Positions 45,288 through 52,933 of a DNA stretch of 64,000 nucleotides are shown here, piece by piece. Location of the stretch: assembly GCA_017472965.1 (NCBI GenBank), contig JAFUNR010000050.1:22112-86111 (forward strand), read 5' to 3'. Origin of the DNA: Oscillospiraceae bacterium. GTDB lineage: Bacteria > Bacillota > Clostridia > Oscillospirales > Ruminococcaceae. The notes under the pieces are model-generated. The model did no database searches, was not told the DNA's origin, and was given only the letters and a program-made list of their open reading frames with translations. Made by a program: the position numbers and the translations under genes. Every line of letters begins with the position of its first letter. The first letter of the stretch is position 1.

Positions 45288-45431
45288 ATGGCTGATTACT
45301 GGTGCAAATGTAAGAACTGCAAAAACTGTGATCCTACGGAGAAAAAAGGGTACAAGTGGTATTGTGAGGTATATAAAACTTATGAGGATCCGGATGAAGT
45401 GAAGGAGTGCAGAAAATACGCAGAAAGGTGA
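45288..45431 (+). CDS. Small Cys-rich protein (47 aa, putative zinc-binding)
   Basis: AAGGAG at 45275-45280, 7 nt before the ATG at 45288. Sequence is MADYWCKCKNCKNCDPTEKKGYKWYCEVYKTYEDPDEVKECRKYAER (six Cys). Confidence 0.55.
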   Translation: MADYWCKCKNCKNCDPTEKKGYKWYCEVYKTYEDPDEVKECRKYAER

Positions 45432-45470
45432 TTGCTTGGTTCGCATCTAACGTTTAGAATACGGTGAATT

Positions 45471-45506
45471 AAAAAGCCTTCGCGCCGGCCGGCGCGAAGG
45501 CTTTTT
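45471..45506. terminator. Right copy of the duplicated 36-nt palindrome (perfect: AAAAAGCCTTCGCGCCGGCCGGCGCGAAGGCTTTTT)
   Basis: Perfectly self-complementary 36-mer. Serves as the terminator for the convergent PII-like gene ending at 45523. Confidence 0.85.
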
Positions 45507-45522
45507 GTTGCTGCAAAACCGT

Positions 45523-46284
45523 TTATTTCAGATCGGTGATGTCGTGGGCGAAATCGTCCTCGGGGGATTTCAGGCCGATGGCATCCTCCACCGGCAGTGA
45601 GATCACCAGACCGTGGGCATCGCTGTGGAAGCCGCAGTTCTCGCCGATGGCCTGCATGATGGCCTTTTTGTAGGGCTGCTGTGCTACGATCAGCACGATC
45701 TCCTTTTCCGGCTGGATGCTGATACCCCAGAATTTCATGGTCTCCTCATTCACCAGACGGCGGGCGGGGAACACCGTGCCGCCGCGTGCGCCCGCGGGAC
45801 GGGCGGCATTCATCACTTCTTCGCTGTAGCCCTGATTGACGATGGCCATGATCAGGGAACAATTCTGTACGCTCATATCGATCACATCCCTTTCCATGGA
45901 GCCGCGGCCGCCCTGTGCGCCCAGGCTCTCGATCATTTTGATGATAACGCTGCTGCCGCCGGATACCGGAACGGTAAAGGCGATGCCGCTGTTGGTGGCT
46001 ACAAGCCCCAGATCCACCGTCAGACGGCGCAGCATGGCGTCGGCGTATTTTTTCGGCATCATGCTGATCAGCACGGTTTTATCGCGGCTGCCCAGACCCA
46101 GCGTTTCGAGGATCGCGCTGGGGGCGGTGCCGTGGGCCATAAACTGATACTGCAGGGGTACCTGACCCTTGGCGAAAAGCCGGATGGCTTTTTCTGCCAG
46201 TTTCAGGGTGGTGATCACCACCAGCAGACGGTACTCCTGTCTGGGAGCGGCGCTGGTTGCCGGGGTGGAAGGTTCATTGCTCAT
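45523..46284 (-). CDS. Tandem P-II-like (GlnB-fold) domain protein
   Basis: Two approximately 100-aa repeats with beta-alpha-beta PII-like patterns (RLLVVITTLKLAEKAI... and SLIMAIVNQGYSEEVMNAAR...). Adjacent to the DUF1538 membrane gene, a pairing I recall as conserved. Confidence 0.7.
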   Translation of the reverse strand: MSNEPSTPATSAAPRQEYRLLVVITTLKLAEKAIRLFAKGQVPLQYQFMAHGTAPSAILETLGLGSRDKTVLISMMPKKYADAMLRRLTVDLGLVATNSGIAFTVPVSGGSSVIIKMIESLGAQGGRGSMERDVIDMSVQNCSLIMAIVNQGYSEEVMNAARPAGARGGTVFPARRLVNEETMKFWGISIQPEKEIVLIVAQQPYKKAIMQAIGENCGFHSDAHGLVISLPVEDAIGLKSPEDDFAHDITDLK

Positions 46285-46296
46285 TGTGCGTCCTCC

Positions 46297-47922
46297 TCAA
46301 AAATCAATAATTTCATCGGCGCCGGCAGATTCGCTGCTGCCGCTGCCGGCAGCATCCTCATCCAGATCCACGATATCGTCGCCGCCCGGTACCTCAGCAG
46401 CGGTCACAGCGGCGGTCTTTTCAATGGCGGCCATCTTGATGCGGTACTGCAGACCCATGATCTGCACGGCGATCAGCGGGGTCAGCGCCACCAGCGCCAC
46501 CACACCGAAGGCATCGGTCATCAGGTTGCCCCCCGCGGCCTGACATGCGCCGATGGAGAGCGGCAGCAGGAAGGTGGTGGTCATCGGGCCGCTGGCCACG
46601 CCGCCGGAGTCAAAGGCAATACCCACGAACATGGGCGGTACCAGTCGGGAAAGCACCAGTGCGATCAGATAACCGGGGATCACGATCCAGTAAAGGGAAA
46701 TGCCGGTGAGCACGCGCAGCATGGCAAGTCCCACACTGATGGCCACACCGATGGAAAGACAGGCATTCATCTGCCCGGCCGAGATGGTGCCGTTGGTCAC
46801 CGCCTGCACCTGCTTGTTCAGCACCTGAATGGCAGGCTCCGCCTTGACGATGAAATAACCGATCAGCATGCCGATGGGCACAAGAAACCACTTCCATGCC
46901 GAGCCGGCCAGATCGCTGCCCAGCTGTGCACCAACGGGGGAGAAGCCCACATTGACACCGCACAGGAACAGTACAAGACCCAGGATCGTGTAGATAAAGC
47001 CGACGATCATCCGGCGCAGCTGGGTGTGGTGAAAACGCTTTGTCAGCAGCTGGAAAAGCAGGAAAACACCGGCAATGGGCGCCAGCGAGACCAGAACCTC
47101 CTGCCCGTAGCGGGGCAGCTGGCGGGCGAATACCAGCACCGCATCGCGGGTGGTGGCCACATCTGCCAGATCGCCGCCGGAGTACGCCGCCCCGGTTGGC
47201 CGGAAAAAGCAGCCGAGGACCATGACGGCCAGAATGGGGCCAACGCTTGCCAGTGCCACCAGACCGAAGCTGTCGTCCGCCGCATGGCGGTCGCCGCGCA
47301 CCGCGGCAAGACCCACGCCCAGCGCCATGATAAAAGGTACAGTGATGGGGCCGGTGGTCACGCCGCCGGAGTCAAACGCCACGGCCAGAAAATCCGGCGG
47401 GATCAGGAACGAAAGCCCGATGAGCGCCACATACAGGATGATCAGCAGCGTAGACAGTGAAATGCCGAACAGAATACGCAGGATCGCCAGCGCTACGAAA
47501 ATGCCGACGCCTGCGGCAACGGTGAAGATCAGCACCCGGTTGGGAATGCTGGGCACCTGCTCTGCCAGCACCAGAAGATCCGGCTCGGCAATGGTGATGA
47601 TGGCGCCCATGGCAAAGCCGAGGAGCACCAGCAGCCATACACGGCGGGATTGGGTCATGTGGGCGCCGATACCCTTGCCCAGCGGGGTCATTGCCATATC
47701 CGCACCCAGCTGGAACAGCGCCATGCCGACAACCAGCATCATGGCCCCCAGCAGGAACAGCAGAACGGTTCCGGCGGACATGGGTACTAGCAATACGCTC
47801 AGTGCCAGCACGATCACGGTGATGGGCGCAACGGCGGACAGGGATTCCTGAAGCTTTTCCTTCAGCAGAGGATTCAAAGCGTGCACCACCCTTTCTTGTC
47901 TTGCGGCTGTGCGCGCAGCCAC
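46297..47922 (-). CDS. DUF1538-family polytopic membrane protein (duplicated domain) with an acidic C-terminal tail. Start uncertain.
   Basis: Two internally similar halves (FDSGGVTTGPITVPFIMALGVG and FDSGGVASGPMTTTFLLPLSIG). The longest ORF starts at the GTG at 47922. Confidence 0.7.
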   Translation of the reverse strand: MAARTAARQERVVHALNPLLKEKLQESLSAVAPITVIVLALSVLLVPMSAGTVLLFLLGAMMLVVGMALFQLGADMAMTPLGKGIGAHMTQSRRVWLLVLLGFAMGAIITIAEPDLLVLAEQVPSIPNRVLIFTVAAGVGIFVALAILRILFGISLSTLLIILYVALIGLSFLIPPDFLAVAFDSGGVTTGPITVPFIMALGVGLAAVRGDRHAADDSFGLVALASVGPILAVMVLGCFFRPTGAAYSGGDLADVATTRDAVLVFARQLPRYGQEVLVSLAPIAGVFLLFQLLTKRFHHTQLRRMIVGFIYTILGLVLFLCGVNVGFSPVGAQLGSDLAGSAWKWFLVPIGMLIGYFIVKAEPAIQVLNKQVQAVTNGTISAGQMNACLSIGVAISVGLAMLRVLTGISLYWIVIPGYLIALVLSRLVPPMFVGIAFDSGGVASGPMTTTFLLPLSIGACQAAGGNLMTDAFGVVALVALTPLIAVQIMGLQYRIKMAAIEKTAAVTAAEVPGGDDIVDLDEDAAGSGSSESAGADEIIDF

Positions 47923-48112
47923 AAATTACTCCATTATAATAAGTGTATCATATGTTGTATACAAAAAGATAGTGCATTCGGAAATTTTCTGTAAATATTT
48001 TTTGACTGTACTGCGACATGACCGACTGCAAAAAAAGATGTTCGGGCCGTGTCAATCCACCAGATGTAGTATTTGCGCAAAAAAATAACGCTATATTTGT
48101 GGCATTTCCACA

Positions 48113-48141
48113 TTGAAAACACGATGACCTTACGCTATAAT
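48113..48141 (+). promoter_or_regulatory. Candidate sigma-70 promoter for nrdD (TTGAAA-17-TATAAT)
   Basis: TTGAAA at 48113-48118, a 17-nt spacer, TATAAT at 48136-48141. About 70 nt upstream of the nrdD ATG. Confidence 0.6.
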
Positions 48142-48209
48142 AGTAGGGCACACCTGCGCGGCGGCCCCGCCGCGTTCCGATATGCCGAAAAAAGAAGGGA
48201 AAAGAAGCT

Positions 48210-50255
48210 ATGAAGATCATCAAACGCAACGGCTCCGAAGCGGAGTTCGATATCCAGAAGATCAGCGCCGCCGTCACCAAGGCCAATGCCGCCGTGCCCG
48301 AGGCCGAGCGTATGACCCCCGTACAGATCGAACGCATCGCCCAGAGCGTGACGCTTTCCTGCCAGAAGGTCAACCGCGCCCTGTCGGTGGAGGAGATCCA
48401 GGATCTGGTGGAAAAGCAGATCATGGCCCACGGTGCTTACGAGGTGGCCAAGCGCTACATCACCTACCGCTATACCCGCTCTCTGGTTCGTCAGGCCAAT
48501 ACCACCGATGAAAAGATCCTCAGCCTGATCGAATGCAACAACGAGGAGGCCAAGCAGGAGAATTCCAACAAGAACCCCACCGTCAACAGCGTGCAGCGCG
48601 ATTATATGGCGGGCGAGGTCAGCCGCGATATCACCGACCGCATCCTGCTGCCGCAGGAGATCGTGGAGGCCCATCAGGCCGGCATCATCCATTTCCACGA
48701 TACCGATTACTATGCCCAGCATATGCATAACTGCGATCTGGTCAATCTGGAGGATATGCTGCAGAACGGCACTGTTATCTCCGGCACCATGATCGAAAAG
48801 CCCCATAGCTTCTCCACCGCCTGCAACATCGCCACCCAGATCATCGCACAGGTGGCCAGCAACCAGTACGGCGGCCAGAGCATCAGCCTGACCCATCTGG
48901 CGCCCTTTGTGCAGGTCAGCCGCGAAAAGATCATGCGCGCTCTGCGGGAGGAGCTGACCGGCGTGGATATCCCCGAGGAAAAGCTGACCGCCATGGCCGA
49001 AAGCCGCCTGCGTGAGGAGATCCGCCGCGGTGTGCAGACCATCCAGTATCAGGTGGTCACCCTGCTCACCACCAACGGTCAGGCCCCCTTCGTCACCGTG
49101 TTCATGTACCTCAACGAGGCCAAGGATGCGCAGGAAAAGAAGGATCTGGCTCTGATCATCGAGGAGACTTTGCTGCAGCGCCATCAGGGCGTTAAGAACG
49201 AGGAGGGTGTCTGGGTCACCCCCGCCTTCCCCAAGCTGGTCTATGTGCTGGAGGAGGATAACATTACCCCCGGTGCACCCTACTACTATCTGACCCAGCT
49301 GGCCGCCAAGTGCACCGCGCGCCGCATGGTGCCGGACTATATCAGCGAAAAGATCATGCTGGAGCTGAAGAAGGATAAAAACGGCGAGGGCCACTGCTAC
49401 ACCTGCATGGGCTGCCGCAGCTTCCTGACCCCCTATGTGGATGAAAACGGCAAGCCCAAATATTACGGCCGCTTCAATCAGGGCGTGGTCACCATCAATC
49501 TGGTGGATGTGGCCTGCACCGCCTGTCAGGATGTGCGCAGCGAGGAGAAGTTCTGGCAGGTGCTGGAAGAGCGGCTGGAGCTTTGCCACCGGGCACTGCA
49601 GTGCCGTCACGAGCGTCTGGAGGGCACGCTGTCCGATGCCGCCCCCATTCTGTGGCAGCATGGCGCACTGGCCCGTCTGGGCAAGGGTGAGCCCATCACA
49701 AAGCTGCTGCACGGCGGCTACTCCACCATCAGTCTGGGTTATGCCGGCCTGTGGGAGTGTGTCTACGCCGTCACCGGCAAAAAGCTCACCGAGCCGGAGG
49801 GCGAGGCCTTTGGTCTGGAGGTCATGAAGGCGCTCAACGCCGCCTGTGCCAAGTGGAAGGCCGCCGAGGGCATCGATTATTCCCTGTACGGCACGCCTCT
49901 GGAATCCACCACCTACAAGTTTGCCAAATGCCTGCAGAAGCGCTTCGGTATCATCGAGGGCGTCACCGATAAGAGCTACATCACCAACAGCTATCACGTC
50001 CATGTCACCGAGCCCATCGATGCCTTCGAGAAGCTGGCCTTTGAGGCCAAATTCCAGGCGCTTTCTCCCGGCGGCGCCATCAGCTATGTGGAAGTGCCCA
50101 ATATGCAGCAGAATCTGGAGGCCGTGCTGCAGGTCATCCGCTTCATCTATGACAACATCATGTATGCCGAGCTGAATACCAAGAGCGACTACTGTCAGGT
50201 CTGCGGCTGGGATGGCGAGATCGTCATTGAGGAGACCGACGGCAAGCTGATCTAG
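48210..50255 (+). CDS. nrdD: Anaerobic ribonucleoside-triphosphate reductase (class III). The reading frame is closed by an in-frame TAG at 50253-50255, before the glycyl-radical segment.
   Basis: ATP-cone N-terminus (IIKRNGSEAEFDIQKI...), conserved class III core, and the first CxxC (DYCQVCG) of the C-terminal Zn ribbon. Confidence 0.9.
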   Translation: MKIIKRNGSEAEFDIQKISAAVTKANAAVPEAERMTPVQIERIAQSVTLSCQKVNRALSVEEIQDLVEKQIMAHGAYEVAKRYITYRYTRSLVRQANTTDEKILSLIECNNEEAKQENSNKNPTVNSVQRDYMAGEVSRDITDRILLPQEIVEAHQAGIIHFHDTDYYAQHMHNCDLVNLEDMLQNGTVISGTMIEKPHSFSTACNIATQIIAQVASNQYGGQSISLTHLAPFVQVSREKIMRALREELTGVDIPEEKLTAMAESRLREEIRRGVQTIQYQVVTLLTTNGQAPFVTVFMYLNEAKDAQEKKDLALIIEETLLQRHQGVKNEEGVWVTPAFPKLVYVLEEDNITPGAPYYYLTQLAAKCTARRMVPDYISEKIMLELKKDKNGEGHCYTCMGCRSFLTPYVDENGKPKYYGRFNQGVVTINLVDVACTACQDVRSEEKFWQVLEERLELCHRALQCRHERLEGTLSDAAPILWQHGALARLGKGEPITKLLHGGYSTISLGYAGLWECVYAVTGKKLTEPEGEAFGLEVMKALNAACAKWKAAEGIDYSLYGTPLESTTYKFAKCLQKRFGIIEGVTDKSYITNSYHVHVTEPIDAFEKLAFEAKFQALSPGGAISYVEVPNMQQNLEAVLQVIRFIYDNIMYAELNTKSDYCQVCGWDGEIVIEETDGKLI

Positions 50256-50387
50256 AAATGCCCCAGGTGCGGCAACACCGATCAGAGCCGCATGAATGTC
50301 GCCCGCCGCACCTGCGGCTACATCGGCACCCAGTTCTGGAATCAGGGCCGCACGCAGGAGATCAAGGAGCGTGTGCTGCATCTGTGA
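50256..50387 (+). other. nrdD: In-frame continuation of nrdD after the TAG, encoding the second CxxC and the glycyl-radical motif
   Basis: Translation in the same frame gives KCPRCGNTDQSRMNVARRTCGYIGTQFWNQGRTQEIKERVLHL, then TGA at 50385-50387. RRTCGYIG is the class III glycyl-radical signature. Confidence 0.85.
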
Positions 50388-50412
50388 TGCCGCGCGGTTT
50401 TCGGTGGATGCC

Positions 50413-50946
50413 ATGAATTACGCTGAACTCAAAATAAACGATATTGCCAACGGCTACGGGGTGCGGGTGTCGCTGTTTGTCTCCGGCTGCACCCATCGCT
50501 GTCCCGGCTGCTTCAATGAGATCGCGTGGGATTTTGATTACGGTGCGCCCTTTGACGAAGCCGTACAGGAAAGGATCCTCCGCGCTCTTGCGCCGGGCTA
50601 TGTCAACGGGCTGACGCTGCTGGGCGGCGAACCGTTCGAGCCGGTCAACCAGCGTGCACTGGTGGAGTTTGTCCGTCAGGTAAAGCAGACCCTGCCGGAA
50701 AAGAACATCTGGTGCTACACCGGTTATGTGCTGGAAAAGGATCTGCTGGCGGAGGGCGGCCGCGCCCGCTGCGAGGTGACGGATGCGCTGCTGGAGGGCA
50801 TCGATGTGCTGGTGGACGGCCCCTTTGTACAGGCGCAGTATGATATCTCGCTGCTGTTCCGCGGCTCGGCCAACCAGCGGCTCATCGACATGAATGCCAC
50901 CCGCAAAAACGGCGCGGTGACACTATGGCAGCCGCCTGCCGTTTAA
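50413..50946 (+). CDS. nrdG: Anaerobic ribonucleotide reductase activating protein (radical SAM). Start at MNYAELKIND.
   Basis: CxxxCxxC cluster motif CTHRCPGC and GVRVSLFVSGC context. Immediately downstream of nrdD. Confidence 0.9.
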   Translation: MNYAELKINDIANGYGVRVSLFVSGCTHRCPGCFNEIAWDFDYGAPFDEAVQERILRALAPGYVNGLTLLGGEPFEPVNQRALVEFVRQVKQTLPEKNIWCYTGYVLEKDLLAEGGRARCEVTDALLEGIDVLVDGPFVQAQYDISLLFRGSANQRLIDMNATRKNGAVTLWQPPAV

Positions 50947-50960
50947 GAAAGGAATGCCCC

Positions 50961-51398
50961 ATGAATATCCGTGTAAAAAAGCTCTCTCCCGCAGCGCAGC
51001 TGCCCACGCGCGGCAGCGCACAGGCGGCGGGCTATGATCTGTATGCCTGTCTGCCGCAGGGCGGGATCACCATTGCTCCCCACGCCACAGCGAAAATCGG
51101 CACCGGTCTTGCCATCGCTGTGCCGGATGGCTATTTCGGCGCTATTTTTGCCCGCAGCGGCCTTGCCGCAAAGCAGGGCCTGCGCCCCGCCAACTGTGTG
51201 GGGGTGGCCGACAGCGACTACCGCGGCGAGTACATCGTGGCGCTGCACAACGATACCGATGAAGATCGTACCGTCGCCGACGGCGAGCGTATCGCCCAGC
51301 TGGTGGTGATGCCCTACCTGAGCGTGGAATTTGACGAGGTGGAGGAGCTGGATGACACTGCCCGCGGCGCCGGCGGCTTCGGAAGTACGGGCGAATGA
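50961..51398 (+). CDS. dut: dUTP diphosphatase. Start at MNIRVKKL.
   Basis: dUTPase motifs AAGYDLYA, ARSGLA, GVADSDYRGE, and the C-terminal RGAGGFGSTG. Confidence 0.92.
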   Translation: MNIRVKKLSPAAQLPTRGSAQAAGYDLYACLPQGGITIAPHATAKIGTGLAIAVPDGYFGAIFARSGLAAKQGLRPANCVGVADSDYRGEYIVALHNDTDEDRTVADGERIAQLVVMPYLSVEFDEVEELDDTARGAGGFGSTGE

Positions 51399-51526
51399 TC
51401 TTTTGAAGCTGCATTTGCCTGCAAAGGCATCATCTGCGGTCTGAGTTCTCTCTGTAAAACACCTGTTTTGCAAAATTCTGCATAACCTCAGCGGAAAGGA
51501 ACCCCTCCCTTGCTCTTTTCCGCCCG

Positions 51527-51564
51527 GCGCCGTCCGCGCGTTTTGTGCCGGACGGCGCTTTTGT
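51527..51564 (+). terminator. Intrinsic terminator closing the nrdD-nrdG-dut unit
   Basis: 10-bp stem GCGCCGTCCG / CGGACGGCGC followed by TTTTGTATT. Confidence 0.8.
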
Positions 51565-51565
51565 A

Positions 51566-51594
51566 TTGCAAACCGTCCGCCGATTTGCTACAAT
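51566..51594 (+). promoter_or_regulatory. Candidate sigma-70 promoter (TTGCAA-17-TACAAT) for the aminotransferase gene
   Basis: TTGCAA at 51566-51571, a 17-nt spacer, TACAAT at 51589-51594. Confidence 0.55.
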
Positions 51595-51645
51595 AAAAGA
51601 AAACTGAAAAAGATCGAAAACTGTTTTACAGGGAGGAACTGACCG

Positions 51646-52785
51646 ATGTACAATTACGATATCCCCGCCGCGCGTGCGGGCAGCGATTCTGTCAAGTGGC
51701 ATGTGGTGGCCGATGGCGTTATCCCCATGTGGGTGGCCGATATGGATATTCAGGCCGCGCCCCCGGTGGTACAGGCCGTGCAGCAGCGCGCCGCCCATCC
51801 CTACTACGGCTATCCCTACACCGAGGATGAGCTGAAAAATCCGATCATCGCCCATTACAAAAAGCTCTACGGTGCGGAGATTGATCCCGAATGGCTGGTT
51901 TTTGTGCCCAGCGTCATGCCCGGCGTGGCTGCGGCGCTGCGGATGGCAGGCGGCGATTTTATGTATTCCGTGCCCATGTACGACCACATCCGCGCCCTGT
52001 ATAAGGAGACCGGCCTGACGGTGATCGAGGTGCCCATGCAGCGGGATGAAAACTGCCGCTACACGCTGGATATCCCCGCGCTGGAGGCCGCCATCACCCC
52101 TGCGGTCAGGGCTATGATCCTGTGCAACCCCCACAATCCGGTGGGCCGCGTGTTCTCCCGTGAGGAGCTGCTGGAGCTGTACGCCCTGTGCGAAAAGCAC
52201 GGCCTGCTGCTGATCAGTGACGAGATCCACTGCGAATTTGCGCTGGATGTGCCCCATGTGCCCTTCTTCTCCGTCAGCGAGGACGCGGCGCAGCACTCCG
52301 TCACCGTGTGCAGTGCCGGCAAGATCTGCAACATCCCCGGCTTGCCGCTGGGCTTTGCCGTCATCCCCAACGCCGAGCTTCGTGCAAAGTTCATAAAGCA
52401 GCTGGACGGCCTGCAGGCCTGCCCCAACGTGCTGACACTGGCCGCCTACGAAAAGGCCTATGACGGCAGCTGCGACGATTGGAAGGACGGTCTGCGCGAT
52501 TACCTGCGCGGCAACCGCGATATCGCCGAAGCCCGCTTCAATGCCATCCCCGGCGTGCGCACCGGCCACAACGAGGGTACCTACCTGCTGTGGGTGGATT
52601 GCTCCGCCCTCGGGCTGGAGGATCCCGCAAAGTTCTTCCTCGATAACGCCCGCGTCCGTGTCAACAGCGGCGCGATGTACGGCGACGTACAGCATATCCG
52701 CTTCAACTACGGCTGTCCCCGCGCCCAGATGGTGGAGGCCATCGACCGCATGGAGGCCGCACTGAAGGCCCGCGCCGCAGAATAA
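51646..52785 (+). CDS. PLP-dependent aminotransferase class I/II, MalY/PatB-type C-S lyase
   Basis: SDSVKWH...IPMWVADMD N-terminus and LCNPHNPVGRVF, LISDEIH, SAGKICN (PLP Lys) blocks are typical of PatB/MalY. Confidence 0.85.
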   Translation: MYNYDIPAARAGSDSVKWHVVADGVIPMWVADMDIQAAPPVVQAVQQRAAHPYYGYPYTEDELKNPIIAHYKKLYGAEIDPEWLVFVPSVMPGVAAALRMAGGDFMYSVPMYDHIRALYKETGLTVIEVPMQRDENCRYTLDIPALEAAITPAVRAMILCNPHNPVGRVFSREELLELYALCEKHGLLLISDEIHCEFALDVPHVPFFSVSEDAAQHSVTVCSAGKICNIPGLPLGFAVIPNAELRAKFIKQLDGLQACPNVLTLAAYEKAYDGSCDDWKDGLRDYLRGNRDIAEARFNAIPGVRTGHNEGTYLLWVDCSALGLEDPAKFFLDNARVRVNSGAMYGDVQHIRFNYGCPRAQMVEAIDRMEAALKARAAE

Positions 52786-52933
52786 GGCGCTGACAGAATA
52801 AAAAACAACCGCCGCTCCGGCCGGCTGTCTGCTAAACAGGAATCAAAAAATCTGTTCGGCGCAGCCTGCCGGGGCGGCAAAGCTTATGTGCGGAGACAGG
52901 ATGACGAAACCCGCGCCATATTTGAGGTGAAAG

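Larger units (their letters stand above)
44111..45470. other. Low-GC insertion island (three genes) bounded by the duplicated terminator palindrome
   Basis: A hand count of 44441-44540 gives 35 G+C per 100 nt, against 66 per 100 at 43901-44000. Codon usage is AT-rich. Flanked by 36-nt direct copies. Confidence 0.7.

Noticed and set aside
44075-45506. Calling the low-GC island an IS element, transposon or prophage remnant.
   Set aside because: It has no transposase, integrase or recombinase ORF, and no terminal inverted repeats apart from the host-type terminator palindrome itself. The mobility mechanism is unknown, so I report it only as an insertion island.
48040-48209. I looked for NrdR boxes or a cobalamin riboswitch upstream of nrdD.
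   Set aside because: I found only a degenerate AT-rich element (ACGCTATATTTGTGG at about 48089-48103) that does not align cleanly with the NrdR consensus as I remember it. The roughly 60-nt leader is too short for a B12 riboswitch. I cannot support either call without a matrix or CM scan.
51399-51526. The 128-nt untranslated gap between the dut stop and its terminator as a possible sRNA or small ORF.
   Set aside because: There is no convincing RBS-plus-ORF and no promoter of its own, and only a small TGCCT-GCAA-AGGCA hairpin. There is not enough evidence to call anything.
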